DNA of 64,000 nucleotides from Candidatus Aminicenantes bacterium (GTDB taxonomy: Bacteria; Acidobacteriota; Aminicenantia; Aminicenantales; JAFGBC01), in contig OY969696.1 in the NCBI GenBank assembly GCA_963702005.1, positions 1,600,001-1,664,000 of the forward strand. The letters run 5' to 3'. The notes below the pieces were generated by a model. The model searched no databases. It was not told the origin of the DNA and was given only the letters and a program-made list of their open reading frames with translations. Every line of letters starts with the position of its first letter. Position 1 is the stretch's first letter. Shown here piece after piece: positions 29,869 to 39,324 of the stretch. Both the position numbers and the translations under genes were made by a program.

Positions 29869-32553
29869 ATGCTCATGATTCGCTACGGCGAAGGCTGGTA
29901 TCCGGAAGAGCGCGACGACATCGCGGCCTATCGCTGGATGATGCCCGAGGCGTCCTTCCGCCTTGACGTCCCGGCCGCGCCGAAGCCAAGGTATCTGCGA
30001 ATCGTCGCCGGCCACGGCTTCAATCCCCCGGAACCTTTGATCCTCGAAGTTTTCGCCGGCGGCCGCAGCCTGGGCCGGCGGCGGATCGATCCGTCCTTCG
30101 GCTCTTATGTCTTCCCGTTGGTTGAGGCGGGGGAGACGGAGTTCCGTCTGCGCTTGAACCAGATTATGCACGTCCCGGGTGACCCGCGCGAGTTTGGACT
30201 CATGATTAGGGCCGTTGAAATTCTATCGCCGCCCGCGATCGAAGCATTCCTCGAGGGCTGGTATCTGCCCGAGGCCGACGGATCGCGCTGGATGAAGCCG
30301 GAAGCCGTGTGCTTCTTCGCGGATCTTCCCGCCCGCGGACCAAAGTACCTGCGCATTGTCGCCGGCCACGGCTTCGAATCGGCCAATCCGCCGATCCTCG
30401 AAGTCTTTGCCAACGGCCGCAGCCTGGGCCGGCGGCGGATCGACCCGTCCTTTCATTCCTACGCTTTTCCCGTCGTCGAGTCGGGCGACGCGGAATTCCG
30501 TTTCCGCTTGAACGAGACTTTTCAGATTCCGGGAGATCCCCGCCCCCTGGGGCTCATGGTCAGGGCCGTCGAAGTCCTGACGCCGCCCGCGATCGAGACA
30601 TTCCTTGAAGGCTGGTACCCCCGCGATGCCGATGGCTCGCGCTGGATGAAGCCGGAAGCCGTGTGCTTCTTCGCCGATCTTCCCGCCCGGGAGCCCAAGT
30701 ACCTACGCGTCATCGCCGGCCACGGTTTCGAATCGGCCAATCCGCCGGTCCTCGAAGTCTTTGCCAACGGCCGCAGCCTGGGCCGGCGGCGGATCGACCC
30801 GTCCTTTCATCCCTACGCTTTTCCCGTCGTCGAGTCGGGCGACGTGGAATTCCGTTTCCGCTTGAACGAAACGTTTCATATTCCGGGAGATCCCGGGCCC
30901 CGCGGGCTCATGGTTCGGGCCGTCGAAGTCCTCTCGCCGCCCGCCATCGAGACATTCCTCGAAGGCTGGTACCCTCCCGAGGCCGACGGCTCGCGTTGGA
31001 TGAAGCCCGAGGCAAGGTGCTTCTTTGCCGGGCCTGCCGAAGGCGAGACGGCCTATCTCCGGCTCGCGGCCGGTCATCCCTTCGCCGGCGCCCGGCCCCG
31101 GCTGACTATCTTGGCCAACGGAAACGTTAAAGCCGAGATTGAAATCCCTTACGGAGAGAAGGAGTACTGGATTCCGCTGGGGTCGGCTTCCCCCTTCTGC
31201 GAGCTGGAGCTCCGGGTCGACGGAGAGTTAGAGACCGGAGATACCGGTGACGAACGCCGGCTCGGCTTGCTGGTCAGGAGCATCGGCGTCCTTGTCCCGG
31301 ACGCGCAAGCGCCTCTCTATGCCAAGGGAATCCTGGGCTGGGAGGAAGGCGATCTCGTCCCCTTCACCTGGATCGGACGGGAGGCCTCGGCCTATCTGGC
31401 TCGCGCCACGCTCAGGGGCTGCCGCCATGCGATTTTTTACGCCTGCACCGAGTTCGCCAACCTCACCCAGACGTTGTCCCTATCCTTGAACGGACATCGC
31501 CTCGCTGAAATCCCGCTCCTCTATAAATGGAACGCCTACAGCATCCCGCTTCCCCCTGACCCTCCTTCCGAAGGGGAGCCGATCGAGCTGACGTTCTCCG
31601 TCAACAAGCTCTTCCCCGCCAAATACCACCCGGAGGACCGCCGGGACCTCGGCATCCGGATCAGCCGCTTGGAGTTCAGCAACGATGATGATCTCCATCG
31701 GGATATGGTTTTTTTCCTTGATAACGCCGTCAAAAACTACCGGGAGATGCGGGAAGGGAAAATCGTCCTCGGCTCCTATCCGACCAACCTGGGAGTCGAT
31801 ATCTACTCCAAGTGCAACATCCAGCCCCATTGCGTGTATTGTCTCTGGGACCAGATGAAGGTCATGGAAGGGGAGTGGGCCGACGTCGTGGTCGATGAAA
31901 AGACGCTCCGCGGCTACGGGCCTTTTTTCCTTTCGGCGCGGACGCTCGTCAACTGCTCTTTCGGCGAGCCGCTCCTTCATCCCCGGCTCGGAGAAATCCT
32001 CGACCTCTATGAGCGCGGCCGGAAGTTCGTGGAGATCTCCACCAACGGCCAGGCCTTCACCCGGCGGACCATTCAGGCCTTGGCCGGCAAGCGCGTCACG
32101 CTCTATATCTCCCTGGACGCGGCTTCGCGGGAGACCTACGCCAAAATCCGGAACGACCGCTGGGACGAGATCCTTCCCAACCTTCTCCGCCTCAACCAGG
32201 AAAGGAAGACCAAGGGAAACTTGCCCAAGATCTTCATGGTCTTCATGCCGATGAAGGTCAACCGCCATGAGCTCGAGGACTATTTCCGGCTCTGCCGGAG
32301 GATCGAGGCCGATTCGCTCGTCCTGCGGCCGCTACTCTATCTCTGGAACCCTCAGATCCGTGAGGAGCGGGGCGGCTATCTCTTTGACTACAAGAAAGAG
32401 CTCCTGAGCCGGGATGAACTCGAGGAGATCGTCCGCCGCTGCGACGCGCTTTCGGAAAAGTACGGAGTTCCGGTGGCCAATCAGCTCGAATTCGGGACCG
32501 TGCAGGGGCCCGCCTCGGAAAAGAAGAAGAGGACGCCGAGGGTATGCGCATGA
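29869..32553 (+). CDS. Radical SAM protein (CX5CX2C) with five tandem N-terminal ~118-aa beta domains
   Basis: CNIQPHCVYC, FGEPLLHP, ISTNG and ISLDAASRETYAKIR motifs. Repeats have the form EGWY..E..RWM...DPR.LGL. Confidence 0.85.
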   Translation: MLMIRYGEGWYPEERDDIAAYRWMMPEASFRLDVPAAPKPRYLRIVAGHGFNPPEPLILEVFAGGRSLGRRRIDPSFGSYVFPLVEAGETEFRLRLNQIMHVPGDPREFGLMIRAVEILSPPAIEAFLEGWYLPEADGSRWMKPEAVCFFADLPARGPKYLRIVAGHGFESANPPILEVFANGRSLGRRRIDPSFHSYAFPVVESGDAEFRFRLNETFQIPGDPRPLGLMVRAVEVLTPPAIETFLEGWYPRDADGSRWMKPEAVCFFADLPAREPKYLRVIAGHGFESANPPVLEVFANGRSLGRRRIDPSFHPYAFPVVESGDVEFRFRLNETFHIPGDPGPRGLMVRAVEVLSPPAIETFLEGWYPPEADGSRWMKPEARCFFAGPAEGETAYLRLAAGHPFAGARPRLTILANGNVKAEIEIPYGEKEYWIPLGSASPFCELELRVDGELETGDTGDERRLGLLVRSIGVLVPDAQAPLYAKGILGWEEGDLVPFTWIGREASAYLARATLRGCRHAIFYACTEFANLTQTLSLSLNGHRLAEIPLLYKWNAYSIPLPPDPPSEGEPIELTFSVNKLFPAKYHPEDRRDLGIRISRLEFSNDDDLHRDMVFFLDNAVKNYREMREGKIVLGSYPTNLGVDIYSKCNIQPHCVYCLWDQMKVMEGEWADVVVDEKTLRGYGPFFLSARTLVNCSFGEPLLHPRLGEILDLYERGRKFVEISTNGQAFTRRTIQALAGKRVTLYISLDAASRETYAKIRNDRWDEILPNLLRLNQERKTKGNLPKIFMVFMPMKVNRHELEDYFRLCRRIEADSLVLRPLLYLWNPQIREERGGYLFDYKKELLSRDELEEIVRRCDALSEKYGVPVANQLEFGTVQGPASEKKKRTPRVCA
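30241..31020 (+). repeat. 354-bp intragenic tandem repeat (118 codons)
   Basis: Homologous E-x-F-L-E-G-W-Y starts at 30241, 30595 and 30949, with very similar DNA between units. Confidence 0.9.
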
Positions 32554-32984
32554 ACAAAGAAACGGAGAAAAGTGCCGAGAAAGGGCAGGCGCCGGCCGCC
32601 TCCCCTCCTTCCGCCGCCGAGGACGATCTCGGTCTCACGGACTTCCCGCTTTGCCGCGAACCCTGGGAAAGCACCTATATTTTGCGGCGCGGCATACTGC
32701 CCTGTCCCTATGGAAATCCCATCGCTTCGATGTCGGAATGGGCTTCGGCCTGGAACTCCCCCCAGCTTCAGGAGATCCGTCTCGCCATCAGCCGGGGGAA
32801 ACTCAGTCCCTATTGTCTGGATAATCGAGGCTGTCCCATCGTCCTGAAATACCTGCGGGAAAGGAGCGGTTCGTCCTCAGTCGATGATCCTTTCTCCGCT
32901 TGGCCCCGCTTCTTAGGGACTATCAACCGGCTGCTGTTCAGGATCCCGGGGCGGTTGAGAAGGCGGTTCGCCCGGCAGAAGTAA
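32550..32984 (+). CDS. Stand-alone SPASM/twitch-like Fe-S domain protein
   Basis: ATGA overlap with the radical SAM stop. CREPWES..LPC..WNSPQLQEIR..YC....GC. Confidence 0.75.
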   Translation: MNKETEKSAEKGQAPAASPPSAAEDDLGLTDFPLCREPWESTYILRRGILPCPYGNPIASMSEWASAWNSPQLQEIRLAISRGKLSPYCLDNRGCPIVLKYLRERSGSSSVDDPFSAWPRFLGTINRLLFRIPGRLRRRFARQK

Positions 32985-32997
32985 GGCCCGCAGCCGT

Positions 32998-35820
32998 TCA
33001 CCACTTGAAGCGGAGAGTGGCCCGGGCCTGGCGGGGCTGCTGCCGCGCCCAGACCGCGCCGAAGATGGGGATATTCTCCTTGACGAACGAGATGGGCCGC
33101 TGGCTGTCGAGGAGGTTGAAGACGTCGACCCGCAGGCTCACGGCGCCGTCCCCGAAGAGGGGCATGTTCCTCAGCGCGAACGTCTTTTCCAGGCCGAAGT
33201 CCAAGTAGGCGTGGGCGGGCGATTTCCTGGACCCGCGGCCTTCGGGGTATGAGTAATACCCGCCGAAGAACGGGACGTAGCCGAGCTTCTCCCAGTAATA
33301 TCCGGAGAGCCACTCGAACGCGCTCGAGAGCGTGACGCCCCAGGGCGCAAGATAGGTCGCGTTGATCTTGACGTCGTGATCGACGGCGTAGGGCAGCTTT
33401 CCGTACCAGCCCTCGTCGCCGATGCCTCGGCCGCCTAGGCCCCCCAGCGCCCAGTCGGCCCAGGCTTTCAGCGCCGCCAGCTCGGGGATCGGCATCACAT
33501 AAAGATGATTCCCGAATAGGCCCAGGTAGTTCGTGCTTCCCTCCTCTTGCGACCAGGAGCCCGTTTCGACCTGGCCGGGGTTTGTCCCTTTTGCCGAGGA
33601 AAAGCTGTAGGAGGCGTTGAGGAGGAGGTCGTTCCCGACGGCGCCGTCGAGCTCGAGCTCAAGGCCCCAGTAGTGCCGCTTCTTGCACTCGAAGTTGTCA
33701 TAAAGGAACTTGTAGAGGGTCTTGATATCGAAGATGGCCAGGATCTCGAGGAGCTTGACTGCGTCGGCTCGGACGAATCGGGTCTTGACGGCCCAGCGCG
33801 GGCCGAGCCGGCGGTCGAACTCGACCAGGTATCTCGTCAGGAAGTTGGGCTTGACGCCCTCGGCGACCTCGAAGGGCTGGGTCTTCTGCTCGGACTCGAA
33901 CCGCCAGTTGGCCGGGTCGCGCAGGGCCGCCTCGTCCGGGTTGGACCCGCCCTGCCAGCGGTGGGTTCGGAAGGTCAGGCCGGCGCCCGAGTTGAACAGC
34001 CCGAGCGGCATCGTCGTGATCAGGTCCGAGAAACGGCCCCAGCCCAGCTTGAAGACGTTGGCGCCGTCGCCGCCGATGTCCCAGGCCAGGGTCAGACGGG
34101 GCGACAGGAAGTCGCCCAAGCCCCAGGACCAGAGCTTCCCGTGTTTGTCGTCGAGGCAGTCCTGAGTCTGGCTGCGCAGCCCGAGCATGAGGGTCACCCG
34201 GTTGAAGCTGACCTTGTCCTTCAGGAAGAGGCCGATCCCGCGGGCCGAGTTGATGAAGCTCAGCGGCCCGTACTCATAGAAGAAGGTCGGCGTTCGCAGT
34301 CCCTCCCGCCATGACGAGAAGTAGTACTTGGTGCCGGCGTCGAAGCCGTTCCCGGGGAAGAGGTCGGCGTCCTTGCCGGTGAAATCGACCGTGAAGTCCG
34401 AGCTGATGTTGTAGTACTCGAACCCGGCGATGAGCTCGTGGCGGCCGAGCCGGTCCGTCTCGAACGATTTAGTGAACTTGAGGCTCGCGTCGAGCCGCCG
34501 CTGGTTGTCGGTGACCCGGCCGTAGGAGTTGTGGATGTTGCGGGCGAGATCCTCGATGTAATACATGGACGGGCCGAGGTCGCCGTCGACGGGCTCGGTC
34601 AGGTCGTCGCGCCGGACGAGGCCCAGCCCGGCTTCGATGAAGCTCGTCGCGTTGAGAATCCCTTTGTAGTTAAGCCGGACGGCCACGTCCGTAAAAGTCT
34701 CCTTGTCGAACATCTCGGGAAACCCGGTCCCGCCCCTCTGTCCCAGCGAGGTCCGGGTGATCGAGGTCAGGGCCAGGGTATGGTTGGGCGTCAAGGCGTA
34801 GCTGAGCTTGGCGAACAGGTCGTTCTCGTGCGTCGTTTTGGCGCCGCCCGGAACGTCCAGGTAATCGACCGTCGTCGCCCGCGTCTCCTCGGAGTCCGAG
34901 TAGAGGTTGTCGGACAGGAAGAACCAGAGCTTATCCTTGACGAGCGGGCCGCCCAGGTTGAAGACGTAATTGTAATGCGAGAAATAGGAGGGCTCGCTGA
35001 CGACGGCCAGCTGAGGCTGCCGCCCGGCTTGGAAGCTCTTGTCGGAGAAGTTCAAGGCCAGCTCGCCCCGCAGGTCGTTGCTCCCGCTCTTGGTGACCAT
35101 GTTGATGATTCCGCCGTAGGCGGCGCCGAACTCGGGGCTGAATGAGTCGGACAGCACCTGGATCTCGTCGATGGCGTCGTAATTGAGGCGGACGCCGGAG
35201 TTCCGGAGCCGGACGCCCGAGATGGACAGACCGTCGATGATCCAGTTGTTGCCTTCCTCGCCCTCGCCCCGGAAGCTGGGCTGGCCTTCGCTGGCCAGGC
35301 CGCGGCGGGTGTTGACCCGGACCCCGGTGACGCCGGGCGTGAACTTAACGGCGTCGACGACGGTCCGGTTCTGGGCGGGGAGCCTTTCCAGGTCGGCGCT
35401 CGACAGGCTGAAGGAGGTGTCTCCCGAGGTCTTGTCGATGAGCGGCGCCTGGGCCGTGACGACGATCTCCTTCTCGAGGGCCGAAACCTGGAGGACGGCC
35501 TTCAAGCTCGTGACCTGGCCGAGCCGGACGACGACGTTCTCCTGGACGAGCGTGTTGAACCCCGGGAGCTTGAAGGTCAACCTATAGCTCCCGACCGGAA
35601 GAAGGGGCAGGCGGAACTCGCCGTCCCGCCCGCTCAAGACGGTTCGTGCGCCCTGGAGATTGGGGCCGGCGGCCCGGACCTCGACCCCGGCGAGGCCCGC
35701 TCCGCCCTCATCGACGACCCGGCCTTGGATTTCGCCCGTCTCGACGGCCAAGACCAACCCGACCCCCGCGACAAGAAGAAACAGACTCAGGCTTCCTGCG
35801 AATGACTTTGTTCGAGACAT
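32998..35820 (-). CDS. TonB-dependent receptor with N-terminal carboxypeptidase-regulatory-like domain
   Basis: GEIQGRVVD, GGIINMVTKSGSN, LGGPLVKDKLWFF, VDVFNLL and C-terminal LRFKW. Confidence 0.9.
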   Translation of the reverse strand: MSRTKSFAGSLSLFLLVAGVGLVLAVETGEIQGRVVDEGGAGLAGVEVRAAGPNLQGARTVLSGRDGEFRLPLLPVGSYRLTFKLPGFNTLVQENVVVRLGQVTSLKAVLQVSALEKEIVVTAQAPLIDKTSGDTSFSLSSADLERLPAQNRTVVDAVKFTPGVTGVRVNTRRGLASEGQPSFRGEGEEGNNWIIDGLSISGVRLRNSGVRLNYDAIDEIQVLSDSFSPEFGAAYGGIINMVTKSGSNDLRGELALNFSDKSFQAGRQPQLAVVSEPSYFSHYNYVFNLGGPLVKDKLWFFLSDNLYSDSEETRATTVDYLDVPGGAKTTHENDLFAKLSYALTPNHTLALTSITRTSLGQRGGTGFPEMFDKETFTDVAVRLNYKGILNATSFIEAGLGLVRRDDLTEPVDGDLGPSMYYIEDLARNIHNSYGRVTDNQRRLDASLKFTKSFETDRLGRHELIAGFEYYNISSDFTVDFTGKDADLFPGNGFDAGTKYYFSSWREGLRTPTFFYEYGPLSFINSARGIGLFLKDKVSFNRVTLMLGLRSQTQDCLDDKHGKLWSWGLGDFLSPRLTLAWDIGGDGANVFKLGWGRFSDLITTMPLGLFNSGAGLTFRTHRWQGGSNPDEAALRDPANWRFESEQKTQPFEVAEGVKPNFLTRYLVEFDRRLGPRWAVKTRFVRADAVKLLEILAIFDIKTLYKFLYDNFECKKRHYWGLELELDGAVGNDLLLNASYSFSSAKGTNPGQVETGSWSQEEGSTNYLGLFGNHLYVMPIPELAALKAWADWALGGLGGRGIGDEGWYGKLPYAVDHDVKINATYLAPWGVTLSSAFEWLSGYYWEKLGYVPFFGGYYSYPEGRGSRKSPAHAYLDFGLEKTFALRNMPLFGDGAVSLRVDVFNLLDSQRPISFVKENIPIFGAVWARQQPRQARATLRFKW

Positions 35821-35962
35821 CGGCCACCCCCGGATTCTCTCAATTCGATTCCTCAAACGGAGGACGGAAACGGTCGAAAAGCCCTCCCGCGGACGCTTCC
35901 TGGCCGCGGCCGACCACGGCCGATCGCGGCCGGAAGGCCCGTCCGTCCGTCCCCGGTTCGTG

Positions 35963-37093
35963 CTATTTCTTGGCCTTGGGCTTGGCGGCTTTAGGCTTGA
36001 CCTGGCCCTTCAAGGCGTACTTGGCGATGAACTTTTCGGTCAGCTCCCGCGCCTCGGTATCGGTGTATTGCCTGGGGGGAGATTTCATGAAGTAGGAGGC
36101 GGGTCCGTAGAGGGCCCCGCTGACCTTATTGTTGAGGGCCAGCTTGGCGCAGCGAATAGCGTCGATGACGACGCCGGCCGAATTGGGCGAATCCTCGACG
36201 GACAGCCGGCATTCGAGGTTCATCGGGACGTCGCCGAAATGGCGGCTCTCGATCCGCAGGAAGCAGAGCTTGTTGTCCTTCTGCCAGGGCACGTAGTCGC
36301 TCGGGCCGACATGGACGTTGTCGGGGTCGATCGTCAGGCCGCGGTTCTTGATCTGGGAGACGACGGCGTTCGTCTTGGACTTCTTCTTGGAGTCCAGCCT
36401 CTCCCGCTCGAGCATGTTCAGGAAGTCCGTGTTCCCGCCCGTGTTGAGCTGGTAGGTCCGTTCGACCGGCATGCCCCGGTCCATAAAAAGGTTGGTCAAC
36501 ACCCGGTGGAGGATGGTCGCCCCGACCTGGCTCTTGATGTCGTCGCCGATGACGGGGAGCTTCCGCTTCTCGAAGCGCCTCTGCCAGTACTTTTCGGAGG
36601 CGATGAAGACGGGGATGCAGTTGACGAAAGCGCAGCCGGCCTCCAAGACCTGCTCGACGTACCATTTGGTCGCTTCCTCGCTCCCGACCGGAAGATAGCT
36701 GACGACGACGTCGGTCTTGGTCTCGCGGAGGATGGAGACGATGTCGGCGGTCGGCCCGGGGGCCTTCTCGATGATCCGGGACAGGTATTTGCCCAAGCCG
36801 TCGTGGGTCATGCCCCGCTGAACCCTGACGTTGAGGGGCGGGACCTTGGCGAAGACGGTCGTATTGTTGGGCTTGGTCATGATGGCCTCGGCCAAGTCCT
36901 TGCCGACCTTGTTCTTGTCGATGTCGAAGGCGGCCACGAACTCGATGTCGCGGATGTGGTAGCCGCCCAGGTTGATGTGCATGACCCCCGGGATGAAATC
37001 GGTCTCCCGGGCGTTCTTGTAATATTCGACGCCCTGAATCAGGGAGCTGGCGCAGTTGCCGGCGCCGATGATGGCGACCCGGATTTTATCCAT
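35963..37093 (-). CDS. ino1: myo-Inositol-1-phosphate synthase
   Basis: [48 protein letters not shown] and DSPNSAG motifs. Confidence 0.95.
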   Translation of the reverse strand: MDKIRVAIIGAGNCASSLIQGVEYYKNARETDFIPGVMHINLGGYHIRDIEFVAAFDIDKNKVGKDLAEAIMTKPNNTTVFAKVPPLNVRVQRGMTHDGLGKYLSRIIEKAPGPTADIVSILRETKTDVVVSYLPVGSEEATKWYVEQVLEAGCAFVNCIPVFIASEKYWQRRFEKRKLPVIGDDIKSQVGATILHRVLTNLFMDRGMPVERTYQLNTGGNTDFLNMLERERLDSKKKSKTNAVVSQIKNRGLTIDPDNVHVGPSDYVPWQKDNKLCFLRIESRHFGDVPMNLECRLSVEDSPNSAGVVIDAIRCAKLALNNKVSGALYGPASYFMKSPPRQYTDTEARELTEKFIAKYALKGQVKPKAAKPKAKK

Positions 37094-37097
37094 GGCT

Positions 37098-37751
37098 TCA
37101 ATCCTCCTTCTTGCCCGCGGGAACGTTCATACTTTTTTCCGCCCGGCGGACATAGGCGATCCGCTGGATGGCGGTGATATGGGAGAAAAGCGCGATGAGA
37201 CACAGAGCGATGGCCATGGCCGCGTCGAAGACGTGAAACAGGGCGCCTAGGATAGAGGCCGTGACCAGCAGGACCATCCGCTCGGCCCGCTGCATGATGC
37301 CGACCTTGCAGTCGAAGCCGAGCCCCTCGGCCCGGGCCCGGGTGTAGCTGACCATGGTCGAGCCCAGGAAGCCGAAGAAGATGACCCACAGGACCCAGCC
37401 GGCCCGGAAATGCCAGGCCAGGCCCATCAGGATCAGGAACTCCGAGTAGCGGTCGAGGGAGGAGTCGAAGATGGCGCCGTAGCGGCTTTTCAGGTTGGAT
37501 CGAACCGCGACCTTGCCGTCGAGGATGTCCAGGATACCGCAGACGATGACGGCCAGCCCGGCCCAGACGGGCTTATTCAGAAAAAACAGAATCCCGACGG
37601 CCGCCCCGGCCGCGAGCCCGATCAGGCTCAAGGTGTTGGGCGTGATCCGGAGCCTGACGAACAGGCCGGCGATCCGCTCAAAGAAGGCGAGCGTGGCCGC
37701 AATCCAGGTCCCCGGCAGGAAACGATAGGTCTGCGGCTTCGTTGTGTTCAT
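37098..37751 (-). CDS. CDP-alcohol phosphatidyltransferase (phosphatidylinositol-phosphate synthase-like)
   Basis: DILDGKVA...[22 protein letters not shown] and QRAER motifs. In an operon with ino1. Confidence 0.9.
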   Translation of the reverse strand: MNTTKPQTYRFLPGTWIAATLAFFERIAGLFVRLRITPNTLSLIGLAAGAAVGILFFLNKPVWAGLAVIVCGILDILDGKVAVRSNLKSRYGAIFDSSLDRYSEFLILMGLAWHFRAGWVLWVIFFGFLGSTMVSYTRARAEGLGFDCKVGIMQRAERMVLLVTASILGALFHVFDAAMAIALCLIALFSHITAIQRIAYVRRAEKSMNVPAGKKED

Positions 37752-38011
37752 GGCTGCCTTCCGGCTGTGGACGCCGAAAAAGTCAAATTACCCCAAAACA
37801 GGGTGAAAAATCAAGCTCGGCCTTGAGAGACGGTTGGAGCCGCCGCGTGACATGCCGGGAAATGCTTCCTCGGGGGGCGGGCCGTAACTTTCTTAGGGAA
37901 TCTGGCGTATAATAAATGATGCTCAGGTCAGCATCGGTTGAATCTTAATGGAATAATGCCCAAGATCCGATGTATAGCTTAAGAGGTAAAACTATGCCGA
38001 GGAGCCTGCCC

Positions 38012-39313
38012 ATGAATGTTCACAAGCGGATCGCGCGGGTCTTATTGGCCGCCTTCATCCTGATCTGGGCGTCGGGCCTCATCGCCCAGGAGGAGCAGGC
38101 GGACATCGAAGCCCTGAAGAAGACCGCGCCCAAGATCTTTCTCGACTGCGGGAGCTGCGACTTCAACTTCATCAAGACCGAAATCACCTTCGTCAACTAC
38201 GTCCGAGATCGCAACGAAGCCCAGGTCCATATCCTGATCACGACCCTGCGGACGGGGGGCGGCGGCCGGGAGTACACCGTGTCCTTCCTGGGCCAAAATG
38301 AGTTCGCCGGCGTCAACGACGTCCAGAAGTACTACAGCGGGAAAATCGACACGGATGATGAGATTCGGCAGGGCTTGGTCAAAGTCCTCAAGATCGGCCT
38401 GATGCCCTATGTTGCCCGGACGCCGATCGCCTCGCGGATCGCCCTCGACTGGAGCCCGGAGGAAAAGCCCGCCGAGGGCAAGGACCGCTGGAACTACTGG
38501 GTGTTCAGCTTGAGCGGCAACGGGTATTTCAACGGCGAGTCGTCCTACAATTACCGGTCACTCGGACTGAATTTTTCGGCGAACCGGGTGACTCCCGACC
38601 TCAAGGTCGGCCTGTCCCTGTCCGTCCATCACTACCGGGATAAATTCATCTACGAAGACGAGACCATCGAAAGCCCCTCGGACAGCGCCTATTTCAACGG
38701 CCTGGTCGTCAAGAGCCTGAACGACCACTGGTCGGTCGGCGGCTACGTCGAGACCGAATCCTCGACCTACCAAAACATCCGGATCAGCACCCAGATCGCG
38801 CCGGCCATCGAGTACAACGTCTTTCCCTATTCCGAGTCCACCCGGCGCCAGCTCCGTTTCCTGTACAAAATGGGGTTCCGGACCGTCCGCTATCGGGAGG
38901 AGACGATCTACTTGAAGACCTCGGAGCTGCTCTGGGATGAATCCCTGTCGGCCAGCCTCGAGTTGAAGGAGAAATGGGGGACCGTCAGCACCTCGCTGTC
39001 GGGTTCCCATTACTTTCACGACAGACGAAAGTACAACCTGGGAATCTTCTCGATCATCTCGCTCCAGATGGTCAAGGGACTTAACCTATACATCATAGGG
39101 AGCGGCTCCCGCATTCACGACCAGCTCTCTCTGGCCCGGGGCGGAGCGAGTCTCGAGGAGGTCCTGCTCCAGCGCAAGCAGCTGGCGACGACCTATGAAT
39201 ATTTCGTATCGGTCGGCGTGAGCTTCACCTTCGGCTCCGTCTACACGAACGTCGTCAATCCCCGCTTCGGCTCGACGGGCGGAGGCGGGATGTCGGTGTC
39301 GATCGGCGATTGA
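38012..39313 (+). CDS. Putative outer-membrane protein, paralogue 1
   Basis: GAGGAG RBS, signal peptide, DRWNYWVF, beta-strand pattern and NVVNPRFG. Start uncertain (37970, 37994 or 38012). Confidence 0.7.
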   Translation: MNVHKRIARVLLAAFILIWASGLIAQEEQADIEALKKTAPKIFLDCGSCDFNFIKTEITFVNYVRDRNEAQVHILITTLRTGGGGREYTVSFLGQNEFAGVNDVQKYYSGKIDTDDEIRQGLVKVLKIGLMPYVARTPIASRIALDWSPEEKPAEGKDRWNYWVFSLSGNGYFNGESSYNYRSLGLNFSANRVTPDLKVGLSLSVHHYRDKFIYEDETIESPSDSAYFNGLVVKSLNDHWSVGGYVETESSTYQNIRISTQIAPAIEYNVFPYSESTRRQLRFLYKMGFRTVRYREETIYLKTSELLWDESLSASLELKEKWGTVSTSLSGSHYFHDRRKYNLGIFSIISLQMVKGLNLYIIGSGSRIHDQLSLARGGASLEEVLLQRKQLATTYEYFVSVGVSFTFGSVYTNVVNPRFGSTGGGGMSVSIGD

Positions 39314-39324
39314 GGAGGATCCGA

